IMG/VR virus record: IMGVR_UViG_3300046779_002065 | Span: 32,001-96,000 of that record | Length of the DNA stretch: 64,000 bases | Reading direction: 5' to 3' (one strand) | DNA from: a virus | Shown here: positions 17,949-28,800 of the stretch, one piece after another | Layout: each line of letters starts with the position of its first letter | Position numbering within the stretch: the stretch's first letter is position 1 | The notes under the pieces: generated by a model | The model's database searches: none | What the model saw: only the letters and a program-made list of their open reading frames with translations | What the model was told of the DNA's origin: nothing | Position numbers and translations under genes: made by a program

Positions 17949-18104
17949 TTATCCTTGACCTCTGTATTTTTTTGCGTAGTTTTTACTACCCTTCAATCGA
18001 GAAGTCTTTGTTTTAGAGTGAACACCTGGTCGACTCACTTTGGACTTAACCAAAAATTTTGTCACGCTGCTGCTCGGACTCTTTGTTTTCTTCACTGTCG
18101 CCAT
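17949..18104 (-). CDS. Small highly basic protein, 51 aa (not in the ORF track)
   Basis: MATVKKTKSPSSSVTKFLVKSKVSRPGVHSKTKTSRLKGSKNYAKKYRGQG; ATG overlaps the upstream TAA (TAATG) and the ORF fills the gap. Confidence 0.8.
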   Translation of the reverse strand: MATVKKTKSPSSSVTKFLVKSKVSRPGVHSKTKTSRLKGSKNYAKKYRGQG

Positions 18105-18418
18105 TATACTTCCTCCTCTACTATAGTGAGACCCAACTGAGCAGCTGCCCAGTCAAAAACGTAACTGTCATCGTTTGACCACAAGTCGTATGCCGCACGA
18201 TCCATATCAAGGTTACCTTCAAGGACTACTTCTCCGGGAACAGAAACCATTGTTCCTTCCTGGTCAACAAGGATTGCTTTACGGATGGTATAATACCAGC
18301 TTACATTCGTAGGGTTTAATGGAAATCCAAGTGAACGGACTTCTAAATAAGCACCATCACCTTTGATGGGTACTGTAACGGGAGTAATTTCTACATAGTT
18401 CATAGTTGTGTTATACAT
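18104..18418 (-). CDS. Tail-fibre-associated small protein (possible chaperone)
   Basis: EGNLDMDRAAYDLWSNDDSYVFDWAAAQLGLT; directly downstream of a tail fibre gene. Confidence 0.6.
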   Translation of the reverse strand: MYNTTMNYVEITPVTVPIKGDGAYLEVRSLGFPLNPTNVSWYYTIRKAILVDQEGTMVSVPGEVVLEGNLDMDRAAYDLWSNDDSYVFDWAAAQLGLTIVEEEV

Positions 18419-18453
18419 AAAATAGTTTGTTTTTTGATGAAGTGCATTATGTT

Positions 18454-20520
18454 TTAAGAAACATTAGTAATAATTCCGCCAATCACCTGGATGTTCTGCT
18501 GTCCTGGAGGATTACTTGCAATGAATATGGTTCCTGTCCATCCAGATACGCCTCCAACATAGTATGAGACAGACGCATTAACATATCCAACAACATCCAG
18601 CGTGTATCCTGGAGTAGTTGTTCCAATACCTACCGATCCACCTGCTGTAGCAAAGTATGCATAGCTTGTAGATCTGATATCGCCTTGGACGTCTAACTTG
18701 TACGTAGCACTTGCTCTGTTAATTCCTACATTTCCTGTCGGACCAGAAATCCATATTCGAGAAGCAGAAGACGTTAAGTCATACACTTCCCAAGAGTTTG
18801 CTGTTGCGTAGTTAGTTCCCGTAAAGAAGCTATGGTAAGTGTTTGTATAGATTGTTCCAGCTGAACCAGTCGCTGTTGATGTTATATAATGATAAGTGTC
18901 TGTACCAGAAGAAAAGCTAGTGTTCCCTATAACTTGTAGTTTGTATCCCGCGTTTGATATTGTGCCTACAGAAACATTACCGTCACCGTGAATACGAAGT
19001 CTTTCAGTATCGTTGGTGTATATAGCAAGTCCTATGTTGTCACGCAGAATTATGTATCCAACAGATGCATCAAGACCAATCACCATTCCTTGGGAATCTA
19101 ATGTTTGAGTAGAACGAGCAATCGAAAGTAACGCCTGACTTGCAGTACCCTTTACACCAAACATATAACCACTAGAAGCTCCGTATGTACGAGAAGTTCC
19201 ATTAATCATAAAAGATCCAGAAGAGTCCATGCGCATTTTCTCTACACCCCCTCCGTCTTTAAAATACAAAGTACCACTAGCTGATTGAAGATTATCTCCG
19301 TAGAACGTTGTACCTACGATTAGTCCTGAACCCCAGAAATCTGTAAAACGATTTGCAAAAGTACCTACTGTAGAAGTTCCACTAGTTGGTACTAAGTTAC
19401 CCGATAAACCTATATTCCCGTTTACGTATAGTTTGTATCCGGCGTCTGTAGTAGCACCTATAAGAAAGTTTGTACCTGTATTTACATAGCATGCAGCACT
19501 TGTACCTATGTTAAATATGTTGGTATAACTAGAATTGTAAACAGCAAATAAAGTTGCTCCTGAAAAACCTCTTATATATGAAACGGTTCCCCATTTCATG
19601 TAACCACCATTGTTAACTACAATAGCATTATCTGATGCATTTGGAGTAAGTGTAAGTGTTGAACCAGCTGTTAATTTGGTGATTGATACAGAACCATCTA
19701 AGATAGTCAATCCTCCTACAGTAATTGCATTGGTAGTTGTGTTCCCTCTACTAGTAACAGTTGCTAAGGTATCTGTTAAAGTGGTTAAGTAGACATTCGA
19801 GTCTATGCTCCCATCCGCTTTCAAGAACTGACCAGAAGTCCCTCCACTTTTAACAAAAGAGTTTGCGGTCAATGTGCTTGTGAATCTTCCTGTTCCGTTG
19901 ACATCTAATTTATATCCTGCATCGGTGGTAGTACCTATTAAAAAGTTACCCGTCGAGTGCGTAAATGTAAATGAATATGCATTGTTATTGGTTGTAAACA
20001 CCAATCCGGTTGTAGACGACGCACCTATTGTTGCTATCCTTGCAGATGTAGGACCAGCTGCAAACTTAATTGTGGTATTAAATGTCGTTTCTGCTCCTGG
20101 AGCATTAAAGAATGATTGTCCGACTACATGAAAAGGACTATTAGGAGCAGTTGTATTGATGCCGACTCTGTTGTTAACAGCATCCACATACAATGTTCCT
20201 GCATCGACGTTAAGTCCACCAACTGTTATTGCATTGGCAGTACTGTTTCCCCTGGTTGTTACACTGTTCAGTGTGTCAGCTTCAGCAGTAAGATACCCAG
20301 CAGCAGCGTGGTTCCCCCAGGAATAAGCTGTGTCCCAGTTAGTTTTCTGAGTAGTCGTAATGCTGGCAGCAGGGGATGCAGAAAATACAGGATCTGTTTC
20401 TGTTCCACCTCCTCCAATGACTAATTCAACAGGGTCACCTGTTCCAGAAGGGATACGATAAAGAACCCCGTCTTTATAAAGTATAGCTTGCGCACCGAGT
20501 AACCAGGTAGGTCCTATCAT
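18454..20520 (-). CDS. Tail fibre protein
   Basis: Repeated GNxxIGTTTDAGYKLDVNG and VGIGTTTP units, TLxxVTxRGNxTxNAITVGGL units, Gly/Thr/Ser-rich. Confidence 0.85.
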   Translation of the reverse strand: MIGPTWLLGAQAILYKDGVLYRIPSGTGDPVELVIGGGGTETDPVFSASPAASITTTQKTNWDTAYSWGNHAAAGYLTAEADTLNSVTTRGNSTANAITVGGLNVDAGTLYVDAVNNRVGINTTAPNSPFHVVGQSFFNAPGAETTFNTTIKFAAGPTSARIATIGASSTTGLVFTTNNNAYSFTFTHSTGNFLIGTTTDAGYKLDVNGTGRFTSTLTANSFVKSGGTSGQFLKADGSIDSNVYLTTLTDTLATVTSRGNTTTNAITVGGLTILDGSVSITKLTAGSTLTLTPNASDNAIVVNNGGYMKWGTVSYIRGFSGATLFAVYNSSYTNIFNIGTSAACYVNTGTNFLIGATTDAGYKLYVNGNIGLSGNLVPTSGTSTVGTFANRFTDFWGSGLIVGTTFYGDNLQSASGTLYFKDGGGVEKMRMDSSGSFMINGTSRTYGASSGYMFGVKGTASQALLSIARSTQTLDSQGMVIGLDASVGYIILRDNIGLAIYTNDTERLRIHGDGNVSVGTISNAGYKLQVIGNTSFSSGTDTYHYITSTATGSAGTIYTNTYHSFFTGTNYATANSWEVYDLTSSASRIWISGPTGNVGINRASATYKLDVQGDIRSTSYAYFATAGGSVGIGTTTPGYTLDVVGYVNASVSYYVGGVSGWTGTIFIASNPPGQQNIQVIGGIITNVS

Positions 20521-20523
20521 AGC

Positions 20524-22149
20524 TTATTGAAATCCTGCTAGTTGAGCAGCTGTTGTTTGAACTGTAGAAGCGTTTTTAAGTCGTGCACCAATACTGTCTG
20601 TAGTGGTTATATCCTCTGTTGCAACATTCCAGATGTCTTCAGCATTAATTACTGCACTACCCACGGTGTTGTCTACAGGGATTCCGTAAGCAACTGATAC
20701 TGGGGACGGCATTTTAAGAGTACCAGTAAGAGACCCATTTGCGTAAATAGTACCAAAGCGTACATCGTTTGCGGCAGGAGCGTCTGATACAGCAGCTGGT
20801 GCAATCATTCTGGTTGCAGGTGCTATTGCTCCTGGAGACAATGCTCCGTTTGTGGTTTCGTCTCTGAATTCAAAATAAGTTCCTACAGAGGGGATAAGAT
20901 GCATTCTTACAACTTGATACGGAAAAACTCCATAATCCGAACAGATAAAAGGACCAGAGAATATATTTGTTGCTCCTCCGTTAGATGACGTTACAGCAAA
21001 TGCTGCTCCATTATTTACTGTGTTTTTTATAGTTTGAATTGTTCCTACAATACTCATATATGAAGCTCCAGTAGAAAGTATACACGAATTTAAAGACGAT
21101 AATACATTACCTGTAATATACAATTTAAAAGCAGTACCACCTCCGTTTACTAACGTACCAGCGATAGTTGTACCACCAGCAGTTGTTCCAGATACAATGT
21201 TTCCAGTAATATTAATTGTTGCAGCAGCAAGGAATATAATTACCTGTCTTGTGACAGCAGAGTTATTATCCTCGATGTTTCCAGTTATATTAATTGTACC
21301 AGCACTATTTATTTTCAATGCTTCTGCATTTGTTTGACCTCCAGAGTAAAGCGTTCCAATAATATTTAATGTACCAACTCCATTCATTGCAACAACTCCA
21401 CCGATAGCGGAATTTGGACCTGTTACAAGTCCACTATACAGATTTCCAATTAATGATGCTGATTGACCACTTCCGAGAGAAAACGTTACAAGTTGAACTG
21501 ATGCTCCGTTATAAAAACCATTTGTTGCTGTAGCACTTACTCCATTGTTTAAAGTAAATCCACCACCAGCGACTGATGTTGTAGTTCCTAAGTATTCGTA
21601 AAACTGAATAGTATGTATTCTTTGATTAACTAAGACCGTAGAAATATTTAGCCTGTATTTAATGTAAGGTGTAGAATTTCCGATTAAGGGACTTGTGTAT
21701 GTAATTACAGATACTCCTGTTACTGTATGCAAAACGACCCAACTTGTTCCATTCCATCCTTCAAAAGTCCAACCTGTTTGATTTGTATACCCGCTAAACG
21801 TATACTGATTTACTGCTTTTGCAGAAGGAAATTCATATCCAATCCATTGCGAACCATCGTATCGCCACTCCGAATTGTTATCTCCCCCAAAAGCATAATA
21901 AGGCAAGTATCCTGAAAGAAACGAACTTGCTGTTACAATACCACTTGGAGCAGTGTCAGACGTCATATTTGGCACAAGACCAATAATACTTCGTGCAGCA
22001 TTGGTCAAAGTATCAATATTTACATCTTGGTTTATTGTAACTGTAAAGTTGTTTGACGCTACTACATCGTCAGGACCAGGAAGAACACCTCCATTCCATG
22101 TTGCTGGGTTTGACCAGTTACCACTTGCGACTGCTATTCTTAGTGCCAT
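20524..22149 (-). CDS. Tail spike or receptor-binding protein with discoidin (F5/8 type C)-like domain, paralogue A
   Basis: PNMTSDTAPSGIVTASS...YAF...WIGYEFP...WTFEGWNGTSWVVL...YIKYRLNI, followed by beta-helix-like INITGNI repeats. Confidence 0.7.
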   Translation of the reverse strand: MALRIAVASGNWSNPATWNGGVLPGPDDVVASNNFTVTINQDVNIDTLTNAARSIIGLVPNMTSDTAPSGIVTASSFLSGYLPYYAFGGDNNSEWRYDGSQWIGYEFPSAKAVNQYTFSGYTNQTGWTFEGWNGTSWVVLHTVTGVSVITYTSPLIGNSTPYIKYRLNISTVLVNQRIHTIQFYEYLGTTTSVAGGGFTLNNGVSATATNGFYNGASVQLVTFSLGSGQSASLIGNLYSGLVTGPNSAIGGVVAMNGVGTLNIIGTLYSGGQTNAEALKINSAGTINITGNIEDNNSAVTRQVIIFLAAATINITGNIVSGTTAGGTTIAGTLVNGGGTAFKLYITGNVLSSLNSCILSTGASYMSIVGTIQTIKNTVNNGAAFAVTSSNGGATNIFSGPFICSDYGVFPYQVVRMHLIPSVGTYFEFRDETTNGALSPGAIAPATRMIAPAAVSDAPAANDVRFGTIYANGSLTGTLKMPSPVSVAYGIPVDNTVGSAVINAEDIWNVATEDITTTDSIGARLKNASTVQTTAAQLAGFQ

Positions 22150-22150
22150 A

Positions 22151-23950
22151 TTATAAACTTGCTATTTGACTTCCTGTAGTCTGTACTGTTGAACAATTTT
22201 TTAATCTCTCTCCTATACTTCCAGGAGTAGTAAGGTTTGATTGAAGCATCTCCCATATCTGACTTGCTGTAAGAACAGCTGTCCCAACGGTGTCATCTAC
22301 TTCTATACCTGCTCTTACATTTGAAGCAGCTGGTACTTTCATAGTTCCTGTTTGAGAACCACTTGCATAGACAGTTCCAAATCTTACGTTTGCAGGAATT
22401 GGTGCATCTACTACTGTGTCTGGACTTACTAATCTTGTAGCAGGAGCTGCACCAGCTGGAGGTAAAGCACCATTAGTAGAATTGTCTCTGAACTCAAAGT
22501 AAGAACCTATTGTACGTTGATAGTGCATACGATTGACATAAAACGGTTGTATTCCTGATGAGTGACTTATAAATGGACCCGTAAAAATATTAATAGCACT
22601 TCCATTTGTATTAATAACAGCAGGCGCCCTCAAACCCCCAATAGCTGATCCTATATGCTTAAAGTATGACGCACCACTTATAATCACAGGGTAACTAAGT
22701 GCCATTGCGTTTGAAGTAGTGTCATTAAATATTGTTCCAACAATGTTAATTGTACATATATTTGATGCCGACAGACAGTACCAGTTTACGTTACTTGCAC
22801 TTCCCGCATTTGTTATGGAAAGATCTCCAGTAATATTTATTGTTGCAGCGATAGCCTCGACACCTACCCCACTGTTTGCACTACTTAATTGACAAAGAAC
22901 ATTACCCGTCATATTTAAAGTAGTCCCTGTCTGCATACTAACAGTCTGTTTTATAGTTCCTCGAACTTCAATGTTTCCAACTAAGTTCAAAACACTCCCA
23001 GAAACTCCCATTCTGACGGCATTAGCATTACCAGCACTATTACTAAATCCATTAATGTTGCCATTAATATTAAGAGTTGCCGCAGCATTAACATTTATCA
23101 TGGTAGAGCCGTTAGTGGTAGATGCGTTTATTGTTCCGTTTATTGTAATATTACCTGCGCCTGAGATTAAAAATCCAGTAATACTGTTTGCAGTAATTCC
23201 TCCAATATTAGCATTAATTATAACACTTCCCGTACCTGAATAAGTGAGACAAGTAACAGTTCCTATATTTATTCCATTTCCTGTATTAGTACAAGTAACA
23301 GTTACTCCTGAGTTAAGAATAAATGTTCCTCCTGCTACTGAGTTTGCTCCGTAGTCATTTGCTTCATATAAATATAATTCACTTACTCCCGTATAACTAC
23401 CATTACCATTATTTGCAGTTATATTTAGCCTATATTTAATATAGGCAGTTATATTTGCAATTGAACGTGTAACAGTAGCAGTGCCAGAGTTTCCTGTAAC
23501 TGTATCTAAAACAACCCACTCACTACCTGTCCAACCTTCAAAAGTCCAATCTCTAGGAACTGAAGTTGGACTACCATTACTTGGAGGAACCATTACGTAT
23601 TTGCCAACTGTTTTAGCTATAGGAAATTCATAAGCTAACCAACCAGTAATATTACCATTAAAAGTTAACCAATCATTAGCTCCTCTTGCAAAAGCATTCC
23701 ATGGATCATATCCTACATAATTACTACTAGAACTAGCAATACCACTTGGAGTAGTATTTGAAGTCATTTGCGGAGTCAGAATAAAAGGAGAAACAACAGA
23801 ATTGGTGATAGAGTCTACGTTAACGTTTTGATCTATAGTTACAGTGTAACCATTAGAAGCAACCACATCTCCTGCGGCAGGTAAAACACCTCCGTTCCAA
23901 GTAGATGGATTACTCCAGTTTCCATTAGCTACCGCAACTCTTAACGCCAT
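22151..23950 (-). CDS. Tail spike or receptor-binding protein with discoidin-like domain, paralogue B
   Basis: Same architecture and near-identical N- and C-termini as 20524-22149. Confidence 0.7.
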   Translation of the reverse strand: MALRVAVANGNWSNPSTWNGGVLPAAGDVVASNGYTVTIDQNVNVDSITNSVVSPFILTPQMTSNTTPSGIASSSSNYVGYDPWNAFARGANDWLTFNGNITGWLAYEFPIAKTVGKYVMVPPSNGSPTSVPRDWTFEGWTGSEWVVLDTVTGNSGTATVTRSIANITAYIKYRLNITANNGNGSYTGVSELYLYEANDYGANSVAGGTFILNSGVTVTCTNTGNGINIGTVTCLTYSGTGSVIINANIGGITANSITGFLISGAGNITINGTINASTTNGSTMINVNAAATLNINGNINGFSNSAGNANAVRMGVSGSVLNLVGNIEVRGTIKQTVSMQTGTTLNMTGNVLCQLSSANSGVGVEAIAATINITGDLSITNAGSASNVNWYCLSASNICTINIVGTIFNDTTSNAMALSYPVIISGASYFKHIGSAIGGLRAPAVINTNGSAINIFTGPFISHSSGIQPFYVNRMHYQRTIGSYFEFRDNSTNGALPPAGAAPATRLVSPDTVVDAPIPANVRFGTVYASGSQTGTMKVPAASNVRAGIEVDDTVGTAVLTASQIWEMLQSNLTTPGSIGERLKNCSTVQTTGSQIASL

Positions 23951-23952
23951 GA

Positions 23953-24249
23953 TTAAAGACCTTTATCGTTGATAAACTCTTGAATACCTGTCATGATCTT
24001 TTCAATAGCTGATGCAATCTCAGGATCGGTTTCAGCTTCTTTAAATACATCAAAGTAAGACACCGCTTTAGCGTGTTCAGGTAGTTGTTCTATTCCTCCA
24101 GGAATTTCTCTGTATGGAGTAAGTCGCATAGCAACGGATGCTCCAATTTGTCCTCCCTCCTGGACAAGAGGAGAAATAGCAAGGTTAACTAATAACAGAG
24201 GATATTCCACTCCGTCTACAATTGTTGGTTTAGTTGATGTTATCGCCAT
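23953..24249 (-). CDS. Small tail-associated protein
   Basis: 98-aa ORF coupled between tail genes. Confidence 0.65.
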   Translation of the reverse strand: MAITSTKPTIVDGVEYPLLLVNLAISPLVQEGGQIGASVAMRLTPYREIPGGIEQLPEHAKAVSYFDVFKEAETDPEIASAIEKIMTGIQEFINDKGL

Positions 24250-24253
24250 GGTT

Positions 24254-25801
24254 TTATATATAAATTGCTGTTAATCTATTAGTCCATGCAACATTGGTTG
24301 CAGTGGTTGTTGTTGTGCTTCCGTCTGAAGCAATGACTATTTTCTTTATCTTCCACACGGTGGCACTCTCTGCTGATCCTAGTGGAGCTGTCCCACAGTA
24401 AGAAGTACTTTCAACGTAATCGCTTCGTTTTTCTAGTTGAGTAACTGGTTTTGCACCATAAGTAAGTTTACCTGTAGTAGTATCGTAGTAAACCATTGAC
24501 GTAGTTTCTACGTTTTCTATACCTGTAAATCTGACTTCATTGTTAACTCTGATTGTACCATTTACGTCTAACTTGTACCCAGCGTCTAGAGTCGAGTTGA
24601 TTTGTATATTCCCTGTTGATCCTTGGATTCTTAAGTAGTATGTTTCCGAACCCGAACCCAAGTTATTACTGTTATAGTTTGACTTACTGTCACCTGCTAT
24701 AGCAAACCATCCTGAATTATCAAAGTTAAATTCAGCTCCAACAGTACCTGCTAACAATGCTGCAAACTTACCACTAGTGTCTAAGTTTCCTACTGCTATA
24801 TTCGGAGTTGCGCTTCCTGCACCGGCATTGAATTTAAACTGAGAAATGCTTCCGATATTTCCTGTTATTGCACCTACAGTAATTGGATTGGTAGTTGTGT
24901 TTCCAGCCGTTGTAACTGCTGCAAGTGTAGGTGTTGCAGTTGAAATAGTCCAGCTTCTATCAGCAGTTAAATCATAAGCTGTACCGTTAATGGTTAAAGT
25001 CCTGGACGCAGGTGTGTAACTAGTTGAGTCAACTGTACCGTTCGCTTTAAGAAATTGCGACGCCGTTCCACTGGTTACTAAAAAACTGGTTGCACGAATG
25101 GTTCCATTTACAGAGAACTTGTATCCTGTATCAGTAGAAATACCCAGCGTCATGTTTCCATTAGCAAACATCTTGAGCAACGGTGTATTAAAAATACCTG
25201 CACCCTGTCCATTGTTAATCGTAATTAATGGACGAGTTGCAATAACCCCATTCCCTTTAAAGAAGCTGATGTTCCAAAGACCTGCTGTGGTAGAAAGGTC
25301 CCCTGAGTCATAAAAGTTATATTGATGTCCAGTGTTATAGACACCATTGTATGCGCCGTAGTGATCTACCCGGTTAAATCCTTCTACTCCACGAAACAAG
25401 TGAGAGTTTGTCCAGTCTGTTGTCGCATGATGGATTCGAAACCATCGGTCTGAACCAGCTTCAATGAAATTGTTATCTGTTCCTCCTAGAGGGTTTACAG
25501 TAAAACTGGTACGAACAGCTATACCTGCTTCAAAGGTTTTTGATGCTGTAATCGATTGAACAGTACTAAGTGTTACATACCCTGCATCAGCGTGGTCTCC
25601 CCAGCTGTATGCTTCATTCCAGTTTGCAATTTGTGTTTGGGTAATGTCTGTTCCGCCAATCTCTTCCTCTGTACCATACCAGTCCAGTTTACGCAATTTT
25701 CCATTGCGCAGATAAAGCTTGTAATACCCTTCCTGCGGATTGTGGTCCGGTTTGTTATACAACAGGGGTAACTGAATTGGAACAATGAATTTGCCAGACA
25801 T
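24254..25801 (-). CDS. Tail fibre protein
   Basis: Shares NWxxAYSWGxHAxAGY, SQFLKAxG(S/T)xDS and DAGYKLDVNG modules with 18454-20520. Confidence 0.8.
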   Translation of the reverse strand: MSGKFIVPIQLPLLYNKPDHNPQEGYYKLYLRNGKLRKLDWYGTEEEIGGTDITQTQIANWNEAYSWGDHADAGYVTLSTVQSITASKTFEAGIAVRTSFTVNPLGGTDNNFIEAGSDRWFRIHHATTDWTNSHLFRGVEGFNRVDHYGAYNGVYNTGHQYNFYDSGDLSTTAGLWNISFFKGNGVIATRPLITINNGQGAGIFNTPLLKMFANGNMTLGISTDTGYKFSVNGTIRATSFLVTSGTASQFLKANGTVDSTSYTPASRTLTINGTAYDLTADRSWTISTATPTLAAVTTAGNTTTNPITVGAITGNIGSISQFKFNAGAGSATPNIAVGNLDTSGKFAALLAGTVGAEFNFDNSGWFAIAGDSKSNYNSNNLGSGSETYYLRIQGSTGNIQINSTLDAGYKLDVNGTIRVNNEVRFTGIENVETTSMVYYDTTTGKLTYGAKPVTQLEKRSDYVESTSYCGTAPLGSAESATVWKIKKIVIASDGSTTTTTATNVAWTNRLTAIYI

Positions 25802-25841
25802 GATAGAGTAGGAATATAGAGGTGTCGGTAGAAGACACCCC

Positions 25842-25854
25842 TATATATAATATA
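25842..25854 (-). promoter_or_regulatory. Putative late promoter motif (copy 3), followed by a leader hairpin at 25819-25840
   Basis: Exact TATATTATATATA, then ggggtgtc-ttctacc-gacacctc, before ATG 25801. Confidence 0.6.
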
Positions 25855-25875
25855 AGTTAAAGATTTCAGAAATCC

Positions 25876-28800
25876 TTATTTGTTCTTAAACTGTTCTTTC
25901 AGTTTGTACTCAGGTTCAAAGATTCCAATGATGTTATCGTAACCAATCAGGTCATGGAAATTCTTCAATGCTTTTGGATCACCCGCTTCGTACATTCCAT
26001 ATCGCTTTTGGTAGAACGCCGCTTCTTCAAAGCTGTCCCCGAAAATCTCGTAACCCATTAACGACAAGCTGTTCTCTACAAGCTTCCACATGGTCTTTCC
26101 TTCCCGGAAGACAGACGTAAAGTTGGAGAACGAGTCAATGTAGGTATTTACGTTTCCGACAAATGGAACCGGAATCATCGAACGAGATTCAGAAATTACC
26201 TTGGCAAACGTACGCATGATCTGCATCTCCATCCAGTTCAATTCTACTTCATCGTCATCATCGCTGTAGGCAAGTCCACGCAGGTAACCATAAAGCATCA
26301 TCATCACAAGACCTGTGAGTAACTCACGTCCCGCTTGCAATGATCCTGTACGGTAGTACTCGTTTACTTCAGACTTGTTGTTACCAGGAATCATTGCTTT
26401 GATACCTTCTTTAAATCCATATTGACGGAACATGTCGTACATGATACGATACCAACCGGCAGCAAACTTCATTCCCTCAAAATCTTCCTGGTGTTTACCA
26501 AAACGACGGAGTGCCATGTGTACGAAGTACTTCTTGAAGTACTCCATCATAACCCCGAACTGAGTAGAACTGATGTGCGTACTGGTCCAGTCAGCGTAGT
26601 TACCTTGTGCTTTAAGGATCTGGGAGTAGACTTTATTGCGCAGCATTTTTACCTGCTGACTTGTTACATCCACGTCTTTGCGGGTAACGATCTTTCCGGT
26701 GTTGTCTTCAGTAAAGATGTCAAAACCGTTCACCAAGACAGGTTCACCGTTTTCCATCTTGTACATCACGTTACCTTCTGTGTCGTACTGCTTTTCCCCA
26801 CTGGCGTCCAGGTCAAAGACTTTGTACTTGTGATGATCCATGATTGCTACCATGGTTGTCAACGCAATTTCTGTCTCCCCTTTATCCTGGAGCATGTATG
26901 CAAGGTTTGCAAAGTCCATACTTTGGGTAAGGAAACGGTCAAGCTGTGACTTGGTATTTAAGTTTACCAACTCCGACAGCTCTTTCTGGTTCGGGTTCAT
27001 GAAACGTACCAGCTTGGTTTCAAACGATACGTCGCTGACCTTACCGTAATCGGAAATCATACTACCCAAAATATTGTACACTTTCTTTTTGGCGTACAAT
27101 AAATTGCTAGGCGTGTAGTCACCTTTCTGTGCATTGAGGAATGTCTGCACGTTACCAGAAAGCATGTTACCGGTTTGAGCAGCAAAGTCAAATCCAAGTC
27201 GACCAAAACTCACCGCTTTCATGAACAAGCGTAATCCTTTCATGGTGTTGATGTCTTTGTCTCCACCTTTCATACGCTTTCCGTAGATAAACTTGTCGCG
27301 CTCGAACGTCACGAGTTCAATTGCTTTATTGAGCTGGTTCATCTTGGTGGTATCCGTTACATGATCACGCATCCCTTCCATCGCATCAATGATAGCACTG
27401 AAAGCAATGTCTGCTTTACCCATCTCATGGTTGATTTCACGTTCCACCATCCACATACCGACTGCGGTAATTCCGTTGGTTGTTGTCAACATGGCATCAA
27501 GAGGGAAGTTGTGTTTGAAACGTACACGCATACGATCAGCACTACCGTATTCATTGGATGCAATATCTGTCTGCGATTTGTTTTTACCCAGTACAACCTC
27601 CTGTGCCGTTTCTTCGTACTCACGTTTGATACCTTCGATTAATCCAAACTCTTTAATGTTGTCTACTTTGTTCATCTCTACTCCTGGAAAGAGAAACGCC
27701 AGTTTTCTACCAACAGTACCATCCTGTTTGGCAATGTAGTTGTCCATGACCAACCAGTTATAGAAATCATAATCTGTTTGGTTCTGCGTCAACTTGACAA
27801 ACTCAGGGTTGATAAACTCATTGGTTCCGCTTATCTCCCAACGGTTGTTTACCAACTGCAATCCTTTGGGAACAGGGTATCCTTCCGGTGTCAATTGATA
27901 CCTGGGATTCTTTGCCGCCTCTGTCGGACGGGACATACGGAACTTGCGGTGCAACACTTCTTCAAAGTAACTGTCGTCCAGGTCCTCTACAGGAACCTGT
28001 TCAAAGTGAATCTTCTTGGGTGCAGGATCCAATACTTTACCATTACGGAACGTATCAGGTTCATAGAGGTTTGTATGGTTCTTGTTGTACCATGCAGTGA
28101 ACTGCTCCTCCAGGGTGTAATAGTTTGTCTGCGCATTGATGTATCGCTCTTCCAACGCTTTCTCACTGCTGGTACCCGAGTAATCATAGATAGACTCAAT
28201 CTCACGCAATTCGTTTGCAACCTTTTCCAGTTCAGTCACCCGTTTGTTTAACTCTTCAGTGTAACTCTCGGTTTGTTTCTGTGTCTGTAGTTTGCTCAGG
28301 CGTTCATATTGAACACCTAACTTTTTACGTACTTCCAATGGTAAACCATCTTCACCTTCTTCCAGTGCTGCTTTTTTACGGATTGCTTCAATCTTTTCTT
28401 CCAGGGCGTCGTATGCTTCAATGTCTTGCGGATCCATGTTCCCTGAATAGAACGTACCATTCATCTTGTACTTACGACGGATCTTGGAACGCTCTGCTCT
28501 CAAAGCAGTCATCTCCGGATCCTGTCCACCCAGGATGGCGTCAATACGCTCGTAGATACGGTTTACGTCTTTGTAGAATTTATCACTTGGACGACGGGTT
28601 TTGTTTAACTTTTCCCAACGCTTAAACTCTTCAGAGTCAATACCGTATGCTGCAATCTTTTCAGCACGGATCTTATTGTACAATCCCCAGTTCTCATCAA
28701 AGGTCTTCAGCTCGCGGTAACGCTCCATCTTTTTCTGGTAATCCGGATCAGACTTCAGTGCTTCCTGGTAAATCTTGTTACGTTGCAATTCCAGTTCGTG

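Noticed and set aside
17955-18140. 61-aa plus-strand ORF in the track
   Set aside because: The opposite-strand 51-aa basic ORF is translationally coupled and fits the operon direction
18454-25801. Diversity-generating retroelement or invertible cassette acting on tail fibres
   Set aside because: No reverse transcriptase, no recombinase, and no long near-identical repeat pair differing at adenines is visible
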